A stretch of DNA of 64,000 bases from Promethearchaeota archaeon. GTDB taxonomy: Archaea; Asgardarchaeota; Lokiarchaeia; Sigyniarchaeales; SOKP01. Numbering within the stretch: the stretch's first letter is position 1; every line of letters starts with the position of its first letter. Under the pieces are notes generated by a model. It was not told the origin of the DNA. It did no database searches and saw only the letters and a list, made by a program, of their open reading frames with translations. This document shows, in pieces, positions 10,778-19,869 of this stretch. The translations under genes were made by a program, and so were the position numbers. The DNA is taken from NCBI GenBank assembly GCA_030599585.1, contig JAUVNS010000006.1, positions 96,001 to 160,000 on the forward strand. Direction: 5' to 3'.

Positions 10778-11098
10778 ATCGAACAATACCCTGATAACAG
10801 CATCTATCATGATACTTACGGAGAAATGTTAATGTCATTTCAGGATTACGAAAGTGCCAAAAATCAGTTCCTCAAAGCTATTGAAATAAATTCTGATGAA
10901 TGGTTTACATTCCAGACTCACATCAAATTAGGCATATGCTATAAAGAACTTGGGAAGCTTAAATTAGCAGTCGAAAGGTTAGATTCAGGAATGAAATACG
11001 CAGGGAAGAGTAAATTAGATTTAGAAACGAAACAAAAATGGTTAATGATTGCGAACCTTTTTAAAGCAGAAATAGCAGAGTTAGAAAGTGGGGATTAG
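10778..11098 (+). pseudogene. 3' remnant of a wHTH-TPR gene (copy of the end of 7019-8929)
   Basis: Translation IEQYPDNSIYHDTYGEMLMSFQDYE... closely matches the last ~105 aa of 7019-8929. Homology stops abruptly at ~10778. Confidence 0.8.
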
Positions 11099-11153
11099 GA
11101 TAGGAGATTCGTCAACTTTAAAGGTTTATTAGAGTAAGTTTTTTAAAAAGATT

Positions 11154-11714
11154 TCATAGTTCTTCTGATAATGCCTTAAATTTATGATAGAGGTTTCCAA
11201 TAATAGCATCAAAGGCTTCAATTACTCCGTCCCCAGTTTTAGCGCTTGTTTTATAAAACCCAAGAAAGTTATACTTATCAACTAATTCTTGGATTTTAGT
11301 ATCATCAGAACTATTTTCATTCACTAAATCTACTTTATTTGCAAAGATAACTATAGGAATCTCACCACAATATTTGGATATATCCGCATACCAATCATCA
11401 ATGTGTTCGAAGCTTTTTGTTCCAAGGTCGTTATCTTCCAGTGAAAATATAATTATTGCTGCCCGACTATTGTTGAAAAAAGAGGATCGTATAAAATTAA
11501 AGTCAACTTGACCAGCTATATCCCAAAATAGCAATTTAATTTTGTCCCCATCAATTTCCTTATCAAATACAGAAAATTGCGCTCCAATAGTCTTAATATA
11601 ATCTTTTCTAAATGCGCCTTTCGTGTATTTTTTAATTAACGACGTTTTACCGACCATTCCGTCGCCTATGACGGTAATCTTAAACCTAAATTTTTTGCCG
11701 ATCTCTTCTGTCAT
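11154..11714 (-). CDS. Rab-like small GTPase (paralog of 6221-6772)
   Basis: GDGMVGKTS, YIKTIG, WDIAGQ, NKVD, TSAK. Confidence 0.92.
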   Translation of the reverse strand: MTEEIGKKFRFKITVIGDGMVGKTSLIKKYTKGAFRKDYIKTIGAQFSVFDKEIDGDKIKLLFWDIAGQVDFNFIRSSFFNNSRAAIIIFSLEDNDLGTKSFEHIDDWYADISKYCGEIPIVIFANKVDLVNENSSDDTKIQELVDKYNFLGFYKTSAKTGDGVIEAFDAIIGNLYHKFKALSEEL

Positions 11715-11883
11715 CTATTTTCTTCGTAGAATGGAAGTTAAGTTCCTAATTTTATTTTGTTATTTTATTAAGATTAGGGTTTTTTTAATATAAAATTACG
11801 CTTTCAAGAAGGAAAATGTAAGGAATTTTACATAATTCTTAAAAATAATTATCAGAACGGTTTATTATGTGATGAGATTTAAG

Positions 11884-13713
11884 TTAGGAATTTATGGTTA
11901 CAAATATATCGTTGAGTAAGGGTTCCATTAACGGAATGTCTTTTAATTCAACTACTTGACTTGATTTTTCGAATTTTTCAAAAGTCTTCCATATCGCGGG
12001 TTCCTTTTGTAGAGTTTCAACAAACTTCTCTAATTTTTGTTTTGCAAAGTATGTCTGCCCTTGGAATAGATAACAAATTGAAAAAGATCCGACAGATTGC
12101 AGAAGAATTGTATCTTCTCCGAATTTAGCTCTATCTAGACCTTGAGAAAAAAATTCATCACTGAACGTTGAAAATGCTGATAAAAAACTTCCAAATAGGT
12201 CGTCATCGCGTTTCCACTTATCAGTAAAAGGATGAGAAAATAAGAGAACACCACCCTCAGCAAGTATTAGCAGTAGTACTGGTTGCTGACCACCTGACTC
12301 AAGTGGCTCAATTGCTCTTTTTCCTTGCATGCGTTCTATTACACCATCGACAGAAGCTAACCTCAGGCGTTCTGCTACGGATGTTTGTTCTTTCTTAATA
12401 GATTCCCAGAGCTTCAATTCTTCCAATAGACGATCGTGTTCTTTTGAGATTTCACCGGCTAAAAGTTTAAGGCCGTGCTCATCTGCTATATTTTGTGCTT
12501 CTGTTAAGAGCTTTCTAGCCTCGACCATGTTAACTTGAAGTAGGGCTAATTTAGCTTTTAACAGTTTTACATTTGCTAACAAAGAATATGAATTCTCAAG
12601 TTTAGCGTTTTTTTGCAGATGATCAATGAGGGGATGAATGTCTTCTAATATTTCTATTTGATTGGATATTCGGAATTCATCAAAATACCAATTACAAAGA
12701 CTGGTTAAAGCTACATTTGTCGTAAATACCGAGATGTCCTTATCGACAATTTTTTTCAAAATATTTTCCGCTTCGACATGATCTCGCAATCGTGGACTCG
12801 ATTTTAAAAAAATCGATTCAGCTAACTGGTGAAACACATAATTGAACTCATCCCTATATTTGTTAGAGAATTGCTTGAATTTCTTAAGATAATTTTGAGC
12901 TTGCTTAATGTTTTTCAGAGCGAGTAAAACATTTATGATGTTAAAATATGCAAAAGCCGTCCACCAACCTAATTTGGATTTCAGATAAATTTCAAGGCTT
13001 GTTGTATGGTATTCTAACGCACGATTCAAATCCCCCTTTTGATGATGCGTACCCCCCATAAGGCGATAAATATCAGCTTTCATCCTCATTGGGAGATCGT
13101 ATTCCATTTTAGGGATTAGAGATAAAACTTTTTCAGTTATATCTAATGAAATCTGTAATTCTCCCTTTACTCCATAGATATATGCCATATAAACCAAAAT
13201 ACCGGTTATTGTACTAGAATGAGGATCAACTTTTTCCAATAATGTTAGACTTTGTTTAAATTCGGCCAAAGAAAGATCCATATTGCCACTATAAAAACTT
13301 CCAGCCCCTTTCGAAAATAAAAATTCTGCTTCTCTTTGCTGAAACTCTATTGTATCTTCTGGTGGAATTAATTTAAACAATTTTTCATGTTGTTCAAGAT
13401 TTATATAAAAATCTTCTCCAATTGCAAAGTTTACTATAATAAGACCTTTAATAAATAAGGCATCAAGTGAAAAAAAAGGCATATTCATTTCTTGACTCTT
13501 TCGGTAAAGTTCTTCAACGATTTTGAGTGCAAATTCTAGTTGTCCTAAACCATGATAGATCAAGCCCTTGAATCGTTGAATTATTAATGACTCTTCAGGG
13601 ATGGGAGTTTTATTTTGCTCTATTTCATTAATCCGTTGAATTCCTTCTTCATACTTACCTTTATCAATTAACTCTTTTATAAGTGCCAGTTTTTTGGATA
13701 CAGAAATAGACAT
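11884..13713 (-). CDS. TPR-repeat protein with C-terminal longin-like domain
   Basis: TPRs (HHQKGDLNRALEYH), KGD/ISKEHD motifs, C-terminal LLLILAEGGVLLF...LFGSFLSAFSTF...CYLFQGQ. Confidence 0.75.
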   Translation of the reverse strand: MSISVSKKLALIKELIDKGKYEEGIQRINEIEQNKTPIPEESLIIQRFKGLIYHGLGQLEFALKIVEELYRKSQEMNMPFFSLDALFIKGLIIVNFAIGEDFYINLEQHEKLFKLIPPEDTIEFQQREAEFLFSKGAGSFYSGNMDLSLAEFKQSLTLLEKVDPHSSTITGILVYMAYIYGVKGELQISLDITEKVLSLIPKMEYDLPMRMKADIYRLMGGTHHQKGDLNRALEYHTTSLEIYLKSKLGWWTAFAYFNIINVLLALKNIKQAQNYLKKFKQFSNKYRDEFNYVFHQLAESIFLKSSPRLRDHVEAENILKKIVDKDISVFTTNVALTSLCNWYFDEFRISNQIEILEDIHPLIDHLQKNAKLENSYSLLANVKLLKAKLALLQVNMVEARKLLTEAQNIADEHGLKLLAGEISKEHDRLLEELKLWESIKKEQTSVAERLRLASVDGVIERMQGKRAIEPLESGGQQPVLLLILAEGGVLLFSHPFTDKWKRDDDLFGSFLSAFSTFSDEFFSQGLDRAKFGEDTILLQSVGSFSICYLFQGQTYFAKQKLEKFVETLQKEPAIWKTFEKFEKSSQVVELKDIPLMEPLLNDIFVTINS

Positions 13714-13748
13714 TATAGAACTTCTTTACCTAATTGAATTTAAAAAAA

Positions 13749-13781
13749 ATGAAGATTGGCTTCCTTAAAAGTGTTTGCTAC
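13749..13781 (-). promoter_or_regulatory. Conserved promoter element of TPR-longin genes, copy 1
   Basis: atgaagattggcttccttaaaagtgtttgctac. On the minus strand a TTTTAAGG TATA-like box overlaps an imperfect palindrome. Confidence 0.55.
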
Positions 13782-13816
13782 TAAAAGGATAGAGTGATTT
13801 TGCATAATGCAGAAAA

Positions 13817-15640
13817 TCATTTTATAAAAATTTCATTTACAGTAGTTCCGAGTGAGGGGGGATTATTCAATTCCAGCATTTCACTCGTTTTAGCTGCTCG
13901 ATTTAAAGCGTCCCATATCTCTGTTGTTGTTTTTAATGTGTCTGAGAACCTAGTTAACTTTTGTTGAGCGGAATAAGATTGTCCTTTTATAATATAACAC
14001 GCGAGAAAAGGCTCAATCGGGTTTATAAGGATGGTGTTCTCACCGATTTTAATTCTGTCAATCGATTTAGAGAAAATTTCACCACTAAATGTGTTGAAAG
14101 CAGACATGAAAGCGCTGAAAAGATCGCTAAAGTCCCAATTCTCCACAAATATGTGATTAAAATAGGTTGCACCGCTATTGTCCATGATTAAAAGTGATAT
14201 AGGTTCTTCGTTGGTTAACTCAGGAGGTTCTATTTTGCGTCTTCCTTGCATGCGTTCTAAAACTTCATCAACAGAAGCTAATTTCAAGCGCTCTGATACA
14301 GACGCTTTTGTCTTCTTAATAGATTCCCATAATTTTAGTTCTTCCAACAAGCGATCGTGTTCTCTCGAAATTTCACTGGCCAAAATTTGAAGACCGTGCT
14401 CTTCGGCTATTTTCTGTGCTTCGGTCAAGAGTTTTCTAGCATCAACCATATTTATTTGTAGTAGAGCTAGTTTAGCCTGAAATAATTTCAAAGTAGCTAA
14501 ACCAAAATATGAAGATTTCATTGTCGTTTCTCCTTGCATTTGGTCGATAAGAGGTTGGATATCGTCTAATATTTCCATTCTATTAGTTAGTTGATATCTC
14601 TCAAAATACGACCTACAAAGGTCAGATAAAGCAAAAAAACGCACCCATAAATGTACAATAGATTCTTCTTTCACGATTTTCTTCAAGATTTTTTCTGCTT
14701 CGACATGGTCGCCGATTTTAGAACTCGATCTTAAAATAATGGCTTTAGATAACTGGTATAGTAATACCTGGACATTTGATCCCGGTTTTTCAGTATCATT
14801 TTTGAATTGTTGAAGATATTTCTGTGCTTGATTAATTTGTTTTTTCATAACCAATAAGTTTATTATAGCATAATATGACCAACCTATCCTCCAACTTATT
14901 TCAAATTTCTTATAAATTTCGAGTGCGCGTTTATGGTATTCCAACCCGTTATTTAAATCTCCTTTTGAAGAAAAAGTTAATCCCATACCCCGATAAATAT
15001 CAGCTTTAGAGATCTTTGGAAAATAGTGATCTCTTTTAGAGATATGAGATAAAGCCTTTTCATAAAACTCTGAAGCAAGTTGCACCTCTCCCTTAGCATT
15101 ATAGGTAAAAGCCATAGAGGAATAAATATTGGATATGTAAAGAGATTGAAGATCACTTTTTTCCAACAGGGTCAAACTTTTCTCAAAATCTCTTAAAGCA
15201 AGATCAAAATTGGTTTTATAATAACTCACATTTGCTTTCAAAATCAGGAAATTTACTTCACGTTCTTGATACTCTAACGAATCTTCTTGAGGAAGTGAGT
15301 TAAACATTGTTTCTTGCTGTTCAAAGGTGTTGTACAATTCCTCAAATTTTCCTAGGTATGTTAAAACCCACGCTTTGAGAAATAACGCATCCAACGAAAA
15401 GAATAACATTTCCGTTTCCTGACTCTTTTGGTATAGCTCTTCAGTAGTTTTTAAAGCAATTTCAAATTGTCCTAGATAGGAATAAATAAAAGCCTTATGT
15501 CCCAGAATTTTTAACTTATCTTCAATAGGAAGATTGTCGTTCTCTTCAATATCCTTAATTAATTGAAGTGCTTCTTCCATCTTGCCTTCTTGCATGAGTT
15601 CTTTCACAAGTGCAAGCTCTTTGGAAGCGGAATCGGACAT
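13817..15640 (-). CDS. TPR-repeat protein with C-terminal longin-like domain
   Basis: Paralog of its neighbours. Start set to ATG 15640 (MSDSASK) by alignment with the MSNSASK paralog. Confidence 0.75.
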   Translation of the reverse strand: MSDSASKELALVKELMQEGKMEEALQLIKDIEENDNLPIEDKLKILGHKAFIYSYLGQFEIALKTTEELYQKSQETEMLFFSLDALFLKAWVLTYLGKFEELYNTFEQQETMFNSLPQEDSLEYQEREVNFLILKANVSYYKTNFDLALRDFEKSLTLLEKSDLQSLYISNIYSSMAFTYNAKGEVQLASEFYEKALSHISKRDHYFPKISKADIYRGMGLTFSSKGDLNNGLEYHKRALEIYKKFEISWRIGWSYYAIINLLVMKKQINQAQKYLQQFKNDTEKPGSNVQVLLYQLSKAIILRSSSKIGDHVEAEKILKKIVKEESIVHLWVRFFALSDLCRSYFERYQLTNRMEILDDIQPLIDQMQGETTMKSSYFGLATLKLFQAKLALLQINMVDARKLLTEAQKIAEEHGLQILASEISREHDRLLEELKLWESIKKTKASVSERLKLASVDEVLERMQGRRKIEPPELTNEEPISLLIMDNSGATYFNHIFVENWDFSDLFSAFMSAFNTFSGEIFSKSIDRIKIGENTILINPIEPFLACYIIKGQSYSAQQKLTRFSDTLKTTTEIWDALNRAAKTSEMLELNNPPSLGTTVNEIFIK

Positions 15641-15675
15641 TTTACACCCTTTTTGCAAAATCGTAGTTAAAAAAT

Positions 15676-15708
15676 AGGAAGATTAGTTTCCTTAAAAGTA
15701 TTTGCCAC
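15676..15708 (-). promoter_or_regulatory. Conserved promoter element copy 2 (AGGAA-N7-TTCCT + TATA-like box)
   Basis: aggaagattagtttccttaaaagtatttgccac. Confidence 0.55.
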
Positions 15709-15743
15709 ATCAACTTAAGGGTAATTTTAGAAAACAAAGAACT

Positions 15744-17558
15744 TCAGCTTATAAAAATCTCGTTTACTGCACTTCCGAGAGAGGGTGGATTATTTAATTC
15801 CAACATTTCACTAGTTTTGACTGCTCTATTTAACGCCTCCCAAATCTCTGTTGTAGCTTTAATGGCATCTGAAAATCGAGTTAGCTTCTGCTGGGCGGGA
15901 TAGGATTGCCCTTTTATAATATAACAGGCTAGAAATGGCTCAATTGGGTTGATGAGGATTGTATTTTCACCAATTTTAATTCTGTCAATCGATTTGGAGA
16001 AGATCTCGCCACTAAATGAGTTGAATGCAGACATAAAAGAGCTAAAAAGATCGTCAAAATCCCAATCACCAATAAAAGAGTGATTGAAGTAGGTTACTCC
16101 GCTCTTATCCATGATTAAAAGGAGTATCGGTTCTTCAATATTCGCCTCTGGCACCTCAATTGCGCGTCTCCCTTGTAAACGCTTCATAACATCATCAATT
16201 GAAGCCAACTTTATGCGTTCTGATACGGGTGTTTGCGTTTTTTTAAAAGATTCCCATTGTTTCAATTCATCCAACAAAAGATCGTGTTCTTTCGAAATTG
16301 CACCCGCTAAAAGTTGAAGGTCGTGTTCATCGGCTATAAGTTGGGCTTCGGTTAAGAGTTTTCTTGCTTCAAGTAAATTTATTTGAAGTAATGCCAATTT
16401 AGCTTGAAACAATTTTGTGTTAGCTAAAAATAGAAATGAATTTGTTTCTCTAGCATTTCTTTGTAAATGATCGATAAGTGGATGAATATCGTCCAATATG
16501 TCCATCTGATTAGAGATTCGAAATTCTTCGAAATACCAATCACAGAGGTTCATTAACGCAAAATTGGTTAAAAAAATAAAACTACTTTCTTCTACAATTT
16601 TCTTCAATATAGTTTCTGCTTCAACACGGTCACGCATTCTTGAACTAGATTTTAATACTAAAGCGGTTGCCAATGGATATAAGTTGTTACTCAACCAATC
16701 CTCAACATTTTCCTTACTATATTGTTTGAACTCCTTCAGATAATTCTGTGCTAGAGTAAATTCCTTTTTAGTGAGTAATACTTGTATTATGTGAAGGTAT
16801 GACCAAGCCATCCACATTGAACCCCCCACTTTCATGTATATATCGAGAGCACGCTTTTGGTCCTCCAAAGCGTTATTTAAATCCCCTTTTTCCTGATATA
16901 TGACTCCGATAACTCGGTAAATATTAGCTTTATTAACCAAATAATATTCTCCTTTGGGATTAGAAGATAGAGCTTTTTCAGCATATTCTAAAGCAAGTTT
17001 TAGTTCTCCTTTCGCAAGATAGATAAAGGGCAGAAGCTCTGAAGGACTGAATGAGCTAGAACTATGAGTATGTCCCTGTTCTTGCAGAATTAAACTTTTG
17101 TTACAGTAGTCTAAAGCTAGATCAAAATTACCGGATACATAATTTTGATATCCTTTTTGTAACAGTAATTCTGCTTCTCTTTCTTGAAATTCGGGCGAAT
17201 TTTCTCGTGGAATTGATTTAAATAGATTTTCGTGTTGTTGAAAACTTTTGTACGATTCTTCAAATTCTTGAAGATTGTACAAAATCCACGCTTTAATGAC
17301 TAGTGCATCTAACGAAAAGAGAGGCATTTTCTTTTCCTGACTCTTTTGGTATAGTTCTTCAGTGAACTTGAGAGCATTCTTGTATTGTCCTGAATTGTAA
17401 TAAAGGTCGGCTTTATGAAACAGAGTTCTTAATGTTTCTTTATGAGTGAGATTTTCCATCTGTTCAATATCCTTAACAATTTGAAGAGCATCTTCAATTT
17501 TGCCTTCTCGCATGATCTCTTTGACAAGTGTTAATTTTTTGGAAGCGGAATTGGACAT
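15744..17558 (-). CDS. TPR-repeat protein with C-terminal longin-like domain
   Basis: Paralog whose C-terminal domain is nearly identical to that of 13817-15640. Confidence 0.75.
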   Translation of the reverse strand: MSNSASKKLTLVKEIMREGKIEDALQIVKDIEQMENLTHKETLRTLFHKADLYYNSGQYKNALKFTEELYQKSQEKKMPLFSLDALVIKAWILYNLQEFEESYKSFQQHENLFKSIPRENSPEFQEREAELLLQKGYQNYVSGNFDLALDYCNKSLILQEQGHTHSSSSFSPSELLPFIYLAKGELKLALEYAEKALSSNPKGEYYLVNKANIYRVIGVIYQEKGDLNNALEDQKRALDIYMKVGGSMWMAWSYLHIIQVLLTKKEFTLAQNYLKEFKQYSKENVEDWLSNNLYPLATALVLKSSSRMRDRVEAETILKKIVEESSFIFLTNFALMNLCDWYFEEFRISNQMDILDDIHPLIDHLQRNARETNSFLFLANTKLFQAKLALLQINLLEARKLLTEAQLIADEHDLQLLAGAISKEHDLLLDELKQWESFKKTQTPVSERIKLASIDDVMKRLQGRRAIEVPEANIEEPILLLIMDKSGVTYFNHSFIGDWDFDDLFSSFMSAFNSFSGEIFSKSIDRIKIGENTILINPIEPFLACYIIKGQSYPAQQKLTRFSDAIKATTEIWEALNRAVKTSEMLELNNPPSLGSAVNEIFIS

Positions 17559-17592
17559 TTTACACCCTTTTACTTAATTGTATTTAAAAAAT

Positions 17593-17625
17593 AGGAACAT
17601 TGGTTTCCTTAAAAGTGTTTGTTAC
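17593..17625 (-). promoter_or_regulatory. Conserved promoter element copy 3
   Basis: aggaacattggtttccttaaaagtgtttgttac. Confidence 0.55.
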
Positions 17626-17815
17626 AATAATACTTGTTCGATTTTAGATAAGATTTTAATTTCATAGGTATACCAAAAATAAGATATTCGTTTATTTTTT
17701 CTTTCTCTTATTTTTAACCGCACATCTTTTTTATTTAGAATTTGTTGCCAGAACTAAGCATAAGAACTACTAATTTTTTAGTAAAAATAGTGAGTAGCCT
17801 TATTAGTGAATCTAA

Positions 17816-19006
17816 TTAGAGTGCTTCATAAATTGCAGAAATAATTTGGTTGGCTCTTGAATCCTGGGCGAATTTATTTTTTCTAGACTCTTCAGGTGCC
17901 TGAAGTCTCAACTTGTTCATTACATATGAGATGCTCAATTTTGCATCCATGTCCATTATACAAACGCTACCACCCCAACCTCCCCAATAGAGAGTGTTGG
18001 GATTTTTAATGGGCTGAATATTACTCGGAAGACCAAATCCCGTCCCGTAACGAATTCCGTCAATAAACACGTATCCTTGTCCGTTAAACTGTTCTTTTAA
18101 TGCTTCATTAAGAGTGTTTTGCGAAAGAAGGTGCACATTATCAATATCACCACCACATGAAATTGCTGATGCTATTCTTGCTACCGATCTTGCATTTGCG
18201 AAACCGTTCGTCGCAGGTAAATCAAATTTACGGAAAGCTTTTGAGTTACAAAATTTCACGAATTCTTTTGTCATATCCCCACCAAAGGTCCATCCACAGG
18301 GAATACCGAGTATTTTGTAAATTATTGAATCTCTTTCCAGCAAATCATTAAATGGTATATCTGGTGGTATTAAATCCGCCACGCGTTTTTCATGACCATT
18401 TGAAATTCCTATCATGAAATCGGCACCTAAAAGGTGTGCAATATTATCATTAAAGACAGTACTAAGGGTTTTACCCGTGACTCTTTTTACAAGTTCTCCC
18501 AGGATAAAACCAAAAGTAAATGCATGATACCCACCCATCGTTCCTGGTTCCCACCAAGGCTTCTGTTTTTCCAAAAGTTTTATCATTTTTTCCCAATTCA
18601 AGAAATCTTTCAGAGGGAAATCCTCATCCCAGCTTGGTATACCCGCAGTATGACCAAGTACATGTTTGATGAGTATTTTTTCCTTACCATTTTGCCCGAA
18701 TTCCGGCCAATACTTACTTACAGGGTCATTAATATCTAAAAATCCTTGCTCAGAAAGCATTAGAATACAAATTGATGACATTATCTTTGTCGTAGAAAAC
18801 ACGCAGACAATTGTATCTTCATCCCACGATCGCGTTTTAGCTGCATCAGCCCAACCTGCCCAGATATCTATCACGAATTTTCCATTTAAAGTCACAGCTA
18901 GAGATGCTCCAAATTCGTCAAATTGTTCAAAATTTTTCGCAAAAACATCTTGGACTACTTTAAATTGTGGATTGCAGAATCCCTTTATTTTGATCCCCTT
19001 TGACAT
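17816..19006 (-). CDS. Serine hydrolase, beta-lactamase class C / esterase family VIII
   Basis: SxxK (FSTTK), LGHTAG, PWWEPGT..GYHA, WGGWGGS. Confidence 0.9.
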   Translation of the reverse strand: MSKGIKIKGFCNPQFKVVQDVFAKNFEQFDEFGASLAVTLNGKFVIDIWAGWADAAKTRSWDEDTIVCVFSTTKIMSSICILMLSEQGFLDINDPVSKYWPEFGQNGKEKILIKHVLGHTAGIPSWDEDFPLKDFLNWEKMIKLLEKQKPWWEPGTMGGYHAFTFGFILGELVKRVTGKTLSTVFNDNIAHLLGADFMIGISNGHEKRVADLIPPDIPFNDLLERDSIIYKILGIPCGWTFGGDMTKEFVKFCNSKAFRKFDLPATNGFANARSVARIASAISCGGDIDNVHLLSQNTLNEALKEQFNGQGYVFIDGIRYGTGFGLPSNIQPIKNPNTLYWGGWGGSVCIMDMDAKLSISYVMNKLRLQAPEESRKNKFAQDSRANQIISAIYEAL

Positions 19007-19234
19007 GGTTTATCAAATGAATTTTTATTTAATTAATTTGGTTATTCATACTTATAAACTAATCTCTACTCTACTAATAATTACATGCTAATTTTGTTTA
19101 TTAACTTGTTTTCGTTCTAAATCCATTAATTTCAAGTCAACCAAAAGGTAAATCAGAGAATCTTAATCTTGACTACATTGTACTAGTTGAACACAAATAA
19201 TCTCACCTATTTGTGAATGTCACTTGCTTAAACA

Positions 19235-19343
19235 AGTGAGATTTTCCATTACTTCAATATCCTTAACAAGTTGAAGAACATCTTCAATTTTTTCTTCTTT
19301 CATGAGTTCTTTCATAAGTGTGAGCTTTTTGTCTACGGAATTG
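19235..19343 (-). pseudogene. 5' remnant of a TPR-longin gene lacking its start codon
   Basis: Translates as NSVDKKLTLMKELMKEEKIEDVLQLVKDIEVMENLT, versus NSASKKLTLVKEIMREGKIEDALQIVKDIEQMENLT in 15744-17558. The ATG and RBS are deleted and a stop follows shortly after. Confidence 0.8.
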
Positions 19344-19355
19344 CAGTTAAAAAAT

Positions 19356-19388
19356 AGGAAGATTAGTTTCCTTAAAAGTGTTTGCTAC
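19356..19388 (-). promoter_or_regulatory. Conserved promoter element copy 4 (upstream of the remnant)
   Basis: aggaagattagtttccttaaaagtgtttgctac. Confidence 0.55.
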
Positions 19389-19499
19389 AACGATGCTAGG
19401 TCGATTTTAGAAAACACGAAGCTTCATAAAACAATTTCCTAATGATTACTGAAAAATTGTTAAATTTAAAAAATAAGAAACAAAAAAAATTATTTATCT

Positions 19500-19697
19500 T
19501 TATATAGAAGATCTGGTGCCGTATTTTGCCCAGAGTTTTTGTTTTGCTTGTTGTAAAGTCATAACTCGCTCGTAATATTTTGAATTTTGATCCCCAATCA
19601 AGGCATCAAATTCTCTTTCATTTACTTTTTGGGCAGTTTTTTGTTCACTTTCTCCAATTTCAACTTCAAATGCTTGTTGTTCATATGCTTGAGTCAT
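19500..19697 (-). CDS. Small hypothetical protein (65 aa)
   Basis: ATG with upstream GTGA, natural composition, T-rich terminator-like run downstream, divergent from the wHTH-TPR gene. Confidence 0.55.
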   Translation of the reverse strand: MTQAYEQQAFEVEIGESEQKTAQKVNEREFDALIGDQNSKYYERVMTLQQAKQKLWAKYGTRSSI

Positions 19698-19869
19698 TTT
19701 TTTTTCACTTTTATGTTTTTTTTATTTATAATTTTAATATTATAATATTGCATATATAGTTTAGTTTGATGAAGTCCATGTGGAGTCTTGGAATAACTAT
19801 GGATAACAAAGTATAAATAGATTTTAAGATTATACTATATCAAAGATCACTAAATAAGGAGTACTAAGT

